From Candidatus Eiseniibacteriota bacterium (lineage in GTDB: Bacteria > Eisenbacteria > RBG-16-71-46): 64,000 bases of DNA. The stretch spans positions 96,001 through 160,000 of the forward strand of contig CAVSAC010000012.1 in assembly GCA_963725865.1 (NCBI GenBank), written 5' to 3'. The translations under genes were made by a program, and so were the position numbers. Shown here piece by piece: positions 11,821 through 20,808 of the stretch; the stretch's first letter is position 1; each line of letters starts with the position of its first letter. The notes under the pieces are model-generated. The model was given only the letters and a program-made list of their open reading frames with translations. It made no database searches and had not been told where the DNA came from.

Positions 11821-13770
11821 ATGGCTCCGCCCCTCTCGCTTGCCTCCGAGCAGCGCGCCACGTCGCTCCTGCGCCGCGCGCTCGCGCGCCCCGGCGCTCC
11901 GCGCGGGCTGGTCGATCGCGTGCTGGTGGTCGACGTGGAGCTCCAGCGCGCGATGCTGCTCGAGGCGGGCACGCTGGTGCGCGAGTACCCGATCTCGACC
12001 GCTGCGGCCGGCATCGGCGGCGCGGCGGGCTCGCTGCGCACGCCGCCCGGGTGGCATCGTATCCACGCCCGCATCGGCGCGGGCGCCCCGCGCGGCGCGG
12101 TGTTCGAGAGCCGCGAGCCCACCGGCGCGATCTGGCAGGGCGAGGCGCGCGCGGACGACCTGATCCTCACGCGCATCCTCACGCTCGACGGGCTCGAGAC
12201 CGGCATCAACCGCGGAGCGGGACGGGACTCGCTGGAGCGCTACATCTACCTGCACGGCACCAATCACGAAGACCGCCTCGGCAGCCCGGACTCGCACGGC
12301 TGCGTGCGGCTCGCGAACGACGACGTCGTCGACCTGTTCGAACGCGTCGCGGTCGGCGACCTGGTGCTGGTGGCGGGGCGCGAAGGCGCGCCCGACCCGG
12401 TGACGGCCGGGCGTTTCCACTATGCGGGGCTCGGCGGCAGCGGCATGAGCGCGCTGGCGCAGTTCCAGGCGATGCTGGGCGGCCGCGCGAGCGGCAGCGA
12501 CCGCGCGTTCGACCGCGGCGAGCGCGCGGAGTCGCGCGCGCAGCTCGAGCGGCTCGGCATCGTCGTGCACCCGCAGGACGGCAGCGGCCTCGACGACGAC
12601 TGCGCGGCGCTGGTGGTGTCGACCGCGGTCGAGGAGGACGTGCCCGACGTGGCGGCCGCCCGCGCGCTGGGCGTGCCGATCGTGCACCGCTCCGAGCTGC
12701 TGGCGCACTTCGTCGCGACCCACCGCACGATCGCGGTGGCGGGGACCAGCGGCAAGTCCACCACGGTCGCGATGGCGTTCGAGATCCTGCGCGGCGCCGG
12801 CCGCGATCCGTCGGTGATCACGGGCGGCGACCTGGTGTTGCTCCAGCGCGAGGGGCTGTGGGGCAACGCGTGGCACGGGCGCTCCGACCTGCTGGTCGTC
12901 GAGGCCGACGAGAGCGACGGCTCGCTGGTGCGCTACCAGCCCGCGGTCGCCGTGGTGCTCAACCTGCAGCGCGACCACAAGGAGATGGCCGAGGTCATGG
13001 CGATGTTCGAGGCGTTCCGCGCCCGCACCCGCGAGGACGTCGTGGTGGGCGAGGACGAGGCGCTGCGCCCGCTGCGCGAGGGCGCGCTGGTGACCGGGTT
13101 CGGCCCCGACGCGCACCTGCGCGCGGTCGCGCTGCGACTGGAGCCCGCCGCGAGCGCGTTCGAGGTCGACGGCGTGGCGTTCCGCCTGCCGGTTCCCGGG
13201 CGCCACAACGTCGAGAACGCGCTGGCCGCGATCGCCGCCGCGCGCTCGCTCGGGGTGGGGCTCGCCGAGATGGTGGAGCCGCTCGCGAACTTCCAGGGCG
13301 TGGGGCGCCGCTTCCAGTCGCTCGGCGTGGCGCGCGGGATCGAGGTGATCGACGACTTCGCGCACAACCCGGCCAAGCTGCGCGCGGCGCTCGTCACCGC
13401 GCAGGCGCGGGCGGCACGGGTGCTGGCGGTGTTCCAGCCCCACGGCTACGGGCCGACGCGCTTCCTGCGCGACGACCTGGTGGCGGCGTTCGCCGAGACC
13501 CTGCGACCCGCGGACCGGCTGTGGATGCTCGAGGTGTTCTACGCCGGCGGCACCGCGACCCGCGACGTCTCGGCCGCCGATCTGGTGTCCGCGATCGCGG
13601 CCCGCGGCCGGAGCGCCGAGTTCGCGGAGAGCCGGCCCGCGCTGGTGGAGCGGCTCGCGGCCGAGGCGCGTGCCGGGGACCTGGTGATCGTCATGGGAGC
13701 CCGCGATCCGTCGCTCACCACGCTGGCGCGCGCGATCCTCGAGCGGCTGAGCGGCGCGCGAGTGACGTAG
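11821..13770 (+). CDS. Fusion of YkuD L,D-transpeptidase domain and MurC/Mpl-like Mur ligase
   Basis: N-terminal YIYLHGT...SHGCVRL; C-terminal GLGGSGMS, GTSGKSTT, EADESD, DDFAHNP, VFQPH in one continuous frame. Confidence 0.85.
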   Translation: MAPPLSLASEQRATSLLRRALARPGAPRGLVDRVLVVDVELQRAMLLEAGTLVREYPISTAAAGIGGAAGSLRTPPGWHRIHARIGAGAPRGAVFESREPTGAIWQGEARADDLILTRILTLDGLETGINRGAGRDSLERYIYLHGTNHEDRLGSPDSHGCVRLANDDVVDLFERVAVGDLVLVAGREGAPDPVTAGRFHYAGLGGSGMSALAQFQAMLGGRASGSDRAFDRGERAESRAQLERLGIVVHPQDGSGLDDDCAALVVSTAVEEDVPDVAAARALGVPIVHRSELLAHFVATHRTIAVAGTSGKSTTVAMAFEILRGAGRDPSVITGGDLVLLQREGLWGNAWHGRSDLLVVEADESDGSLVRYQPAVAVVLNLQRDHKEMAEVMAMFEAFRARTREDVVVGEDEALRPLREGALVTGFGPDAHLRAVALRLEPAASAFEVDGVAFRLPVPGRHNVENALAAIAAARSLGVGLAEMVEPLANFQGVGRRFQSLGVARGIEVIDDFAHNPAKLRAALVTAQARAARVLAVFQPHGYGPTRFLRDDLVAAFAETLRPADRLWMLEVFYAGGTATRDVSAADLVSAIAARGRSAEFAESRPALVERLAAEARAGDLVIVMGARDPSLTTLARAILERLSGARVT

Positions 13771-14249
13771 GCGCGGCACCCGGCGGACCGGGTTGCGCGA
13801 GCTGGATGATGGGGGCGCGGCCACTCCCGTGGTGCGGATGCGCGTCGCGCATCGCCCCGGGCCTCGTCGGTGTGCTGGGCCGTGTGCGATCCCTTGCCGC
13901 TGCGTGCGCCGCGGATCCATCCGCGGTGGGCTCTGCGCCCCCTCATCCGCTCGGCGACGGCCCGCGGTCACCGCCGCGATCGATCGTCGTCCGGCACCGC
14001 GCGTGCCGGAACCCGGGGCACCCCAGAGGCGGCCGGGTCCATCGACAGGTGTCGGCAGAAGCGGCCCAGACTTGAGCGGCGATCGCGGCGCGTGCGGGAT
14101 GGGGAATGGGGCGTAGCGAGTGGGGAATGGGAGGAGAGCGATCTTCCGGGCGATGCGACTTGACGGCACCGCGCTGGAAGAGGCGCCTCACCGGCGTGTG
14201 AGGCCCGCGCCCCGCTCGCCTTCCCCTCGCCCACGAGGCTGAGCCCCTC

Positions 14250-14399
14250 ACAGCTGACGCGCTTCGTGCTGAGGGCGTCGATCTTCCATGCTTCGAGCCC
14301 CCGTTCGACGGCGGCGTAGAAGTCATCCGACGAGGTCCAGAATCCCTCGAACAGCTTGCTCCAATGACTGACGACATTGTCCAGCGGGGTCTGTGCCAT
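14250..14399 (-). pseudogene. Truncated 5' fragment of a hypothetical protein gene
   Basis: GGAGGG RBS then MAQTPLDNVVSHWSKLFEGFWTSSDDFYAAVERGL...; protein-like composition is lost after about 50 codons. Confidence 0.45.
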
Positions 14400-14422
14400 G
14401 CGGCCCTCCGCGGCTAGAAACA

Positions 14423-14465
14423 GCTGACGGCGTCCTCCGAATGCGGGTCGAGGGACGCCGTCAGC
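14423..14465. repeat. Inverted repeat with 13-bp perfect arms
   Basis: GCTGACGGCGTCC (14423-14435) / GGACGCCGTCAGC (14453-14465). Confidence 0.75.
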
Positions 14466-14585
14466 AACTATGGAGTGTCCCCGATCCTCGGACCACCCAT
14501 GCCCCGAACACACACAAAGCGCGAGAGCGAGATCGGGCCTCGTTCCGCTGAGCACTCGGAATCGCTCGCGCCTCCAGGACTGGCG

Positions 14586-15957
14586 GGGCTACCCTCACGA
14601 GGTGTGTAAAAGGCTGATGGCGACGTAACCTTCAGGTTCGCCAAGAACCACGGGCCGAGTGCCCGCAACGAAGGAGAACGCCACCGTGAGGAAGAAGACA
14701 CCCGCCGTGCCCGTGTCGTCAATGCCGACGTGGGAGACCCTCGAGGAGTTCGTGCGCACGAAGATCCAGGCGACGATGCAGTCGGTGCTGGAGGAAGAGC
14801 TGACGGCGTTCCTGGGCCGCGGCAAGTCGGAGCGTCGCGCCGGAGTCGATGTCGCGCCGGGCTACCGCAACGGCCACGGCAAGCCGCGCAAGCTGGCGCT
14901 GTCGTGCGGCACGGTCGCGCTGCAGCGGCCGCGAGCGCGGAACCTGGAGGAACGCTTCGAGAGCCAGGTGTTGCCGCTGTTCGCGCGCCAGAGCCGCGCG
15001 GTGAGCGCGCTGTTGCCGGAGTTGTACCTGCACGGGCTCTCGAAGGGCGACTTCGAACTGGCGATGCGGGGGCTGCTGGGCGAGGGCGCGACGCTGTCGC
15101 CGGCGTCGATCGAACGGCTGCGCGGCAAGTGGCAGGCGGAGTACGACGCCTGGAGCACGCGGGACCTGAGCGATCGCGAGTTGGTCTACGTGTGGGCCGA
15201 CGGCGTGTACGTGAAGGCCGGTCTCGAACGCGAGAAGGCGGCGCTGCTGGTGGTGATCGGCGCCAAGGCCGACGGCACCAAGGAAGTGCTGGCCGTGACG
15301 CCGGGCTATCGCGAGAGCACCGAGTCGTGGAAGGCACTGTTCGCGGATCTCAGGGCTCGCGGCCTCGACGCACCGAAGCTGATGGTCGCCGACGGCGCCG
15401 CGGGCGCCTGGGCGGCGGCGGGCGAAGTGTGGCCGGCGATGCGCGAGCAGCGCTGCTGGAACCACAAGCTCGTCAACGTGCTCGATGCGCTGCCGAAGAA
15501 GGTGCAGGCCATGGCGCGCGAGCTGCTGTGCGCGATCCCGTACGTGCCGACACGAGCCGAGGCCCTGAAGCGCCGCGAGCGGTTCGCGAAGGCGTTCCGC
15601 CGGACGCACCCGCGGGCGGTCGAGATCCTCGAGCGCGACTGGGAGCGAATGGTCGCCTTCTACGGCTTCCCGCGCGAACACTGGAAGCACCTGCGCACGA
15701 CGAACGTGGTGGAGAGCCCGTTCGCGTCGGTGCGGCTGCGCACGGATGCAGCGAAGCGGTTCAAGAAGACGGAGAACGCGACGGCGATGATCTGGAGGCT
15801 GCTGCTCGTGGCCGAGAGGAACTTCCGCAAGATCGACGCACCGCACCTGGCTGCCGAGGTCTATCGCGGGGTCGTGTTCGAGGACGGAGTGAAGCTCACG
15901 AAGTCGAATCAGAGGGTCGCCGCCTGATGCCGTTTACACACCACTTGACTCAAGCCC
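14586..15957 (+). mobile_element. IS256 family element, copy 1 (1372 bp)
   Basis: Imperfect 29-bp terminal IRs GGGCTACCCTCACGAGGTGTGTAAAAGGC / GCCGTTTACACACCACTTGACTCAAGCCC enclosing the transposase. Confidence 0.93.
14659..15927 (+). CDS. IS256 family DDE transposase
   Basis: GYRNG, YVWADG, MVADG, QRCWNH, RTTNVVES motifs. Confidence 0.95.
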   Translation: MPATKENATVRKKTPAVPVSSMPTWETLEEFVRTKIQATMQSVLEEELTAFLGRGKSERRAGVDVAPGYRNGHGKPRKLALSCGTVALQRPRARNLEERFESQVLPLFARQSRAVSALLPELYLHGLSKGDFELAMRGLLGEGATLSPASIERLRGKWQAEYDAWSTRDLSDRELVYVWADGVYVKAGLEREKAALLVVIGAKADGTKEVLAVTPGYRESTESWKALFADLRARGLDAPKLMVADGAAGAWAAAGEVWPAMREQRCWNHKLVNVLDALPKKVQAMARELLCAIPYVPTRAEALKRRERFAKAFRRTHPRAVEILERDWERMVAFYGFPREHWKHLRTTNVVESPFASVRLRTDAAKRFKKTENATAMIWRLLLVAERNFRKIDAPHLAAEVYRGVVFEDGVKLTKSNQRVAA

Positions 15958-16369
15958 CCACGACGGGCAGGACGTTAGCGCAGTCGGCGAGTGGGCGCCA
16001 CGGAGTCGGTCGGGCCGGGTCCTTCGGCCGTTCCGTGCGAACCCGCGCGGAACGCGGACGTCCGGAGGATCGATCCGTGACCTTGCAGGTGCTCCGATCG
16101 AACGACGGACTCGGCGCGCTGCCGCCGCCGGCCGCGGCGACCTGGATGTCCTGAGCCCTCCTGGGCTGGCAACGGGCCCTCTCTGGTATCCTCAGTTGCC
16201 CGTCTCTACAATGCAGGAGGTGCGTGTCCCGGTGTCTCACTCGTCGCGGTCGCAGCTCCGGGCGGGAACGAGGCACGGTGCGGAAGGTGCGGCAGTCCCT
16301 CGACGATTTGAACAGGGTTCTTCATTTCCGTGATGGATCCGGGAAGTGGTGCGTGCAGGAGGTGAAGCC

Positions 16370-17362
16370 GTGACCCCATCGACCCACTCCGCGCCCGCGC
16401 CGCCCGCCTCCTCGATCTCCGTGGTGATCCCGGTGTACGGCGGCGCCGATACGCTGGAACCCCTGCTGGATCGCCTGGCGAAGGTGTTCACCGTGCTGGG
16501 GCTGGATCACGAGGTCGTCCTCGTGAACGACGCGAGCCCCGACGGGAGTTGGAGCGTGATCGAGAAGGCGGTCGATCGCTACCCCTGGGTCCGGGGCATC
16601 GACCTGATGAAGAACTCCGGTCAGCACAACGCCCTGCTCTGCGGCGTGCGCGCCGCGCGCTACGACACCATCGTCACCCTGGATGACGACCTGCAGCATC
16701 CTCCGGAGTGCATCCCGGACCTGCTGGCCAAGCTGGCGGAGGGCTACGACCTCGTCTACGGCGTCCCCTTCCAGGAGAAGCGGAGCTTCATCCGGAACCT
16801 GATGTCGCGGATGGTGAAGCGGGTGGTCATGAAGTACGGCGCCGGGCAGGAATTCGAGATCAGCAGCCTGCGCGTCTTCCGCACCTCCCTGAGAGACGCC
16901 TTCACGGCCGTCACCCATCCCAGCATCTACCTCGATTTCATGCTGTCCTGGGGCGCTCGCCGGATCGGACAGGTCCGGGTGGCCCATGACGTCCGCCGGC
17001 TCGGAGCCTCCGTCTACACGCCCGCGCGGCTCGTCCGCCACGCCCTCAACATGCTCACCTCGTTCAGCGTCCTGCCCCTCCATGTGGCCAGTTGGCTGGG
17101 CTTCCTCGTCGCGGGCTTCGGCTTCCTCGTGCTCTTCTTCACGTTCGCGGACTTCTTCCTGCACGGTCGAGCCGTTCCTGGCTTTGCCTTCCTGTCGTCG
17201 ATCATGGCGATCTTCTCGGGTGCTCAGTTGTTCTCGGTGGGCATCCTCGGGCTCTACCTGGCGCGCATCTACGAGGGCACGATGGCGAAGCCCGCCTACG
17301 TCGTCCGCCAGGAGATCGGGCACCCGGCCCAGCCCGCGGGGCGTGGCGAGAACCCATCGTAA
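16370..17362 (+). CDS. GT2 polyprenol-phosphate glycosyltransferase (GtrB/ArnC-like)
   Basis: SVVIPVY, VNDASPD, NSGQHNA, LDDDLQHPPE; two C-terminal TM helices, GLYLARIY; AGGAGG RBS. Confidence 0.9.
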   Translation: MTPSTHSAPAPPASSISVVIPVYGGADTLEPLLDRLAKVFTVLGLDHEVVLVNDASPDGSWSVIEKAVDRYPWVRGIDLMKNSGQHNALLCGVRAARYDTIVTLDDDLQHPPECIPDLLAKLAEGYDLVYGVPFQEKRSFIRNLMSRMVKRVVMKYGAGQEFEISSLRVFRTSLRDAFTAVTHPSIYLDFMLSWGARRIGQVRVAHDVRRLGASVYTPARLVRHALNMLTSFSVLPLHVASWLGFLVAGFGFLVLFFTFADFFLHGRAVPGFAFLSSIMAIFSGAQLFSVGILGLYLARIYEGTMAKPAYVVRQEIGHPAQPAGRGENPS

Positions 17363-17370
17363 GGACGGTC

Positions 17371-18794
17371 ATGCAAGAGGATGCCGAGCTGGCCATGCTG
17401 AAGTCTGCCCTGACGGTGGAGAAGGCCACGCATTCCCTGGCGGACATCCTGGGTGGATCGAACAGCGACGCGCCGCCACGCCCTTCGAGGTGAAGCTCAT
17501 CCCCTTCGGCGCACTCCAGGGCTGGCATTTCCATCCGGACACCGGGAATCTGGAACACGTGTCCGGCCGCTTCTTCTCGATCGCAGGCGTGCGGGTCCGC
17601 ACAGACTGGGGCTTCGTCCAGGAATGGGACCAGCCCATCATCTGCCAGCCTGAAGTGGGCATCCTGGGCATCCTGTGCAAGCGCATCGACGGGATCCTCC
17701 ACTTCCTGCTCCAGACCAAGATCGAACCTGGCAACCTCGGCGGCGTCCAGTTGGCTCCCACCCTCCAGGCCACCCGCAGCAACTACACGCAGGTGCACAA
17801 GGGGACCCGGCCACGCTACGTGGACTATTTCCTCGAGCCCCGCGGCCGCCACGTGCACCTCGATGTCCTGCAATCCGAGCAGGGCTCCAAGTATCTTCGC
17901 AAGCGCAACCGGAACATCATCCTGGAAGTGGACGACGACGCGCCGGCCGGCGACGACTATTGCTGGATGACGCTGGGCCAGATCGGCGTGCTCCTGCAGC
18001 GGGACAACCTGGTCAACATGGACACGCGCACGGTGATCTCGTGCATGGCTTACGGCTCCTGGGCGAGCAGCTTCGTCGCCCTGGAATCCGTGATCTTCAA
18101 CGACACGGAGCGCGCCAACGACCAGCGCCACATGCTGCTGTCGGCCCTCGACGGACAGCGGCACCTGCACACCCTGCCGGAGTTGATCTCGTGGATCACC
18201 CGGCTCAAGACCGAGTGCGAGCTGGTGGTCGATCGCATCCCACTCAACGCGGTGCGCGGGTGGCTGCACGACGACACGCGCATCCATCACGAGAGCGGCA
18301 GGTACTTCTCGGTCATCGCGGTCCAGGCCACGATCGGCAACCGGGAAGTGTCCTCGTGGTGTCAGCCGCTGGCGCAATCAGCCCAGGTGGGGATCATCGC
18401 CTTCCTGATCAAGTCGATCGACGGGGTCTATCACTTCCTCGTCCAAGCGAAGCTGGAGGCCGGGAACATGGACCTCATCGAGCTGGCCCCGACCGTGCAA
18501 TGCGTGAACGACAACTACCGCAACAGCATCCCGGAGCAGAAGCCGGCCTACCTGGATTATGTGCTCCGCGCGGACCCCGGCCGGATCTGGTATGACACGC
18601 ATCAGTCGGAGGAGGGTGGCCGCTTCTACCACGAGCAGCATCGCATGCTGATCGTCGAGGTGGATCCGGACTTCCCTGTGGAAGTCCCCGCTTACGCATG
18701 GATGACGCTGAACCAGATCAAGACGTTCATCCATTTCAACAACTACTTCAACATGGAGGCCCGGGGGTTGATCTCTGCCATCGGCCTCTGGTGA
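17371..18794 (+). CDS. NDP-hexose 2,3-dehydratase (EvaA/OleV family), apparent frameshift near 17452
   Basis: Two repeated domains: SGRFFSI, WDQPII.QPEVG, QLAPTLQATRSNY, QSEQG; and ESGRYFS, ELAPTVQC, QSEEGGRFY. Confidence 0.88.
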
Positions 18795-18804
18795 GCCTCG
18801 ACTC

Positions 18805-19783
18805 ATGAAGCGTCTGCGCGTCGGCGTCGTCGGTTGTGCCAGCATCGCACGGCGCCATGTGTTGCCGGCCCTGCGGTCCATGCCGGAGTACGAGATCGCC
18901 GTCATCGGCAGTCGAGACCTCGACAAGGCGAGAGAGGTCGCTCGCCTCTTCGGCGGCGAGCCGGTGCGCGGCTACGACGCCATCGTGGCGCGGGATGATC
19001 TGGACGTGGTCTATGTGCCGCTGCCCACCGGCCTGCACGCCGAGTGGGTGGCCAGGCTCATCCGGACCGGCAAGCACGTCATGGTGGACGCGACGCTGGG
19101 CCACCACCTATGACGAGTCCCTCCATCTGGTGGAGCTCGCTCGCGAGCGCCGCGGGCTCCTCATGGAACACTTCCAGTTCCTGCACCACCGCCAGACGGC
19201 CTTCGTGCGGAAGACGATCCAGGAAGGGACACTGGGGGAGATCCGCCTGTTGCGGTCGACCTTCGGCTTCCCCCCGCTGGACCCCGGCAACTTCCGCTAC
19301 GACGCTCGCCTCGGCGGCGGCGCCCTGCTGGATGCGGGTGCGTACACCCTCCGGATCTCGCACGCCCTGCTGGGTCACGATCTCCAGGTGGGTGCTGCGA
19401 CCATGGAGCGCGTGGCGCCGGGTGACGTCGACATCAGCGGTGCGGCCTTCCTGCTCTCGGAGCGCGGGTGCCGTGCCAGGTGGCCTGGGGATTCGACCAC
19501 CACGATCAGTGCGCGGTGGATATCTGGGGGCAGAAGGGGCGTCTCGACGCAGGACCGCGCCTTCACCGCTCCCCCCGGCTACAGCCCGCGCGTGACCGTG
19601 GAGACCGGTGGTCTGCGCCAGGAACACCAGATCGCGCCTGACGATCACTTCGTGAACCTCTGGCGGGACTTCTATCAGCGCGTGGTCGACCGCACGCTGG
19701 AACCGTCCCTCGCCGACATCCTGACGCAGGCCCGCCTGATCCGCGATGTCCGCCTGCGGGCAGACGTCAAGGGCTCTCCATGA
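18805..19783 (+). CDS. Gfo/Idh/MocA oxidoreductase (NDP-hexose 3-ketoreductase-like), several frameshifts
   Basis: GVVGCASIARR, YVPLPTGLHAEW, GKHV; FRYDARLGGGALLDAGAY lies in a second frame. Confidence 0.8.
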
Positions 19784-20714
19784 AGGCGCTGGTGCTCGGG
19801 TCCAACGGTTACCTGGGCCGGCATCTGGTGCATGCGGCGAAGGCCGCGGGCTGACGACGCTCACGGCGGACCTCCATCCGGCCGCATGGGATGGTGATCC
19901 AACCTACCGCTCGTGCGATGTCCGCCAGCCCGAATCCCTGAAGGCGCTGGATTGGGACGTGGACGCCGTCTTCGTGTTCACCGGCTTGTCCGGTACCACG
20001 ACGGGCTTCGAACGGCACGGTGACTACATCGATGTCAACGAGAAGGGGCTGGTCGGGATCCTCGAGATGGCGCGCGGCGGCGGGCCGGGAGGCCCCAAGG
20101 TCATCTTCCCGTCCACCCGGCTGGTCTACCGCGGCGTGGCCGGGCAGGCCTTGCGGGAAGATGCCGAGCAGGACAGCCTCACGATCTATGCAATCAACAA
20201 GCGCGCCGCCGAGATGTACCTGGAGACCTACCGCAAGGTCTTCGGACTGCGTCACGCCATCTTCCGAATCTGCGTCCCGTACGCCGATCTGCTCGCCGGG
20301 CAGTACTCCTACGGCACGATCGGCTTCTTCCTCGGGCACGCCCGCGCCGGCCGGGACATACCCGTCTATGGGGATGGCCGCCAGCGGCGGACCTTCACCC
20401 ACATCGAGGACCTGACCCGGCAGATCCTGCTCGCGACGGTCCACCCCGAGAGCGACGGTCGTGTCTACAACGTCGCAGGGGGCGATGAGCTCTCGATCCG
20501 TGAAGTGGCGGAGCGGATCGCGGCCCGGTATCACGTGCAGGTGCGCGCGGCGCCGTGGCCCGCGCGGGACCTGGCCTGCGAGAGCGGCGACACCGTCTTC
20601 GACAGCACGGCGATCGAGGCGCTCACCGACTACTCGTGTCTCCACCGCCTGGATGATTGGCTCAACGGCTTGCCGGTGGAGAAGCCGCCCGCGCGGACTT
20701 CGGGATCCTCGTGA
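19780..20714 (+). CDS. NAD-dependent epimerase/dehydratase (extended SDR; possible 4-ketoreductase), frameshift near 19845
   Basis: MKALVLGSNGYLG, YAINK catalytic motif, GDGRQRRTFTHIED. Confidence 0.82.
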
Positions 20715-20808
20715 CCCAGAGGACGCGATGCCGCTTCCTGGTGGGGTGAGCCGCGGCATTCCCGGGGGCGAGACGGCCCCGGGAAGGTGGACTCGAGCGC
20801 GATCCGCC

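Noticed and set aside
17371..20714. Programmed frameshifting or phase variation in the sugar genes
   Set aside because: No slippery heptamers or long homopolymer/SSR tracts at the break points
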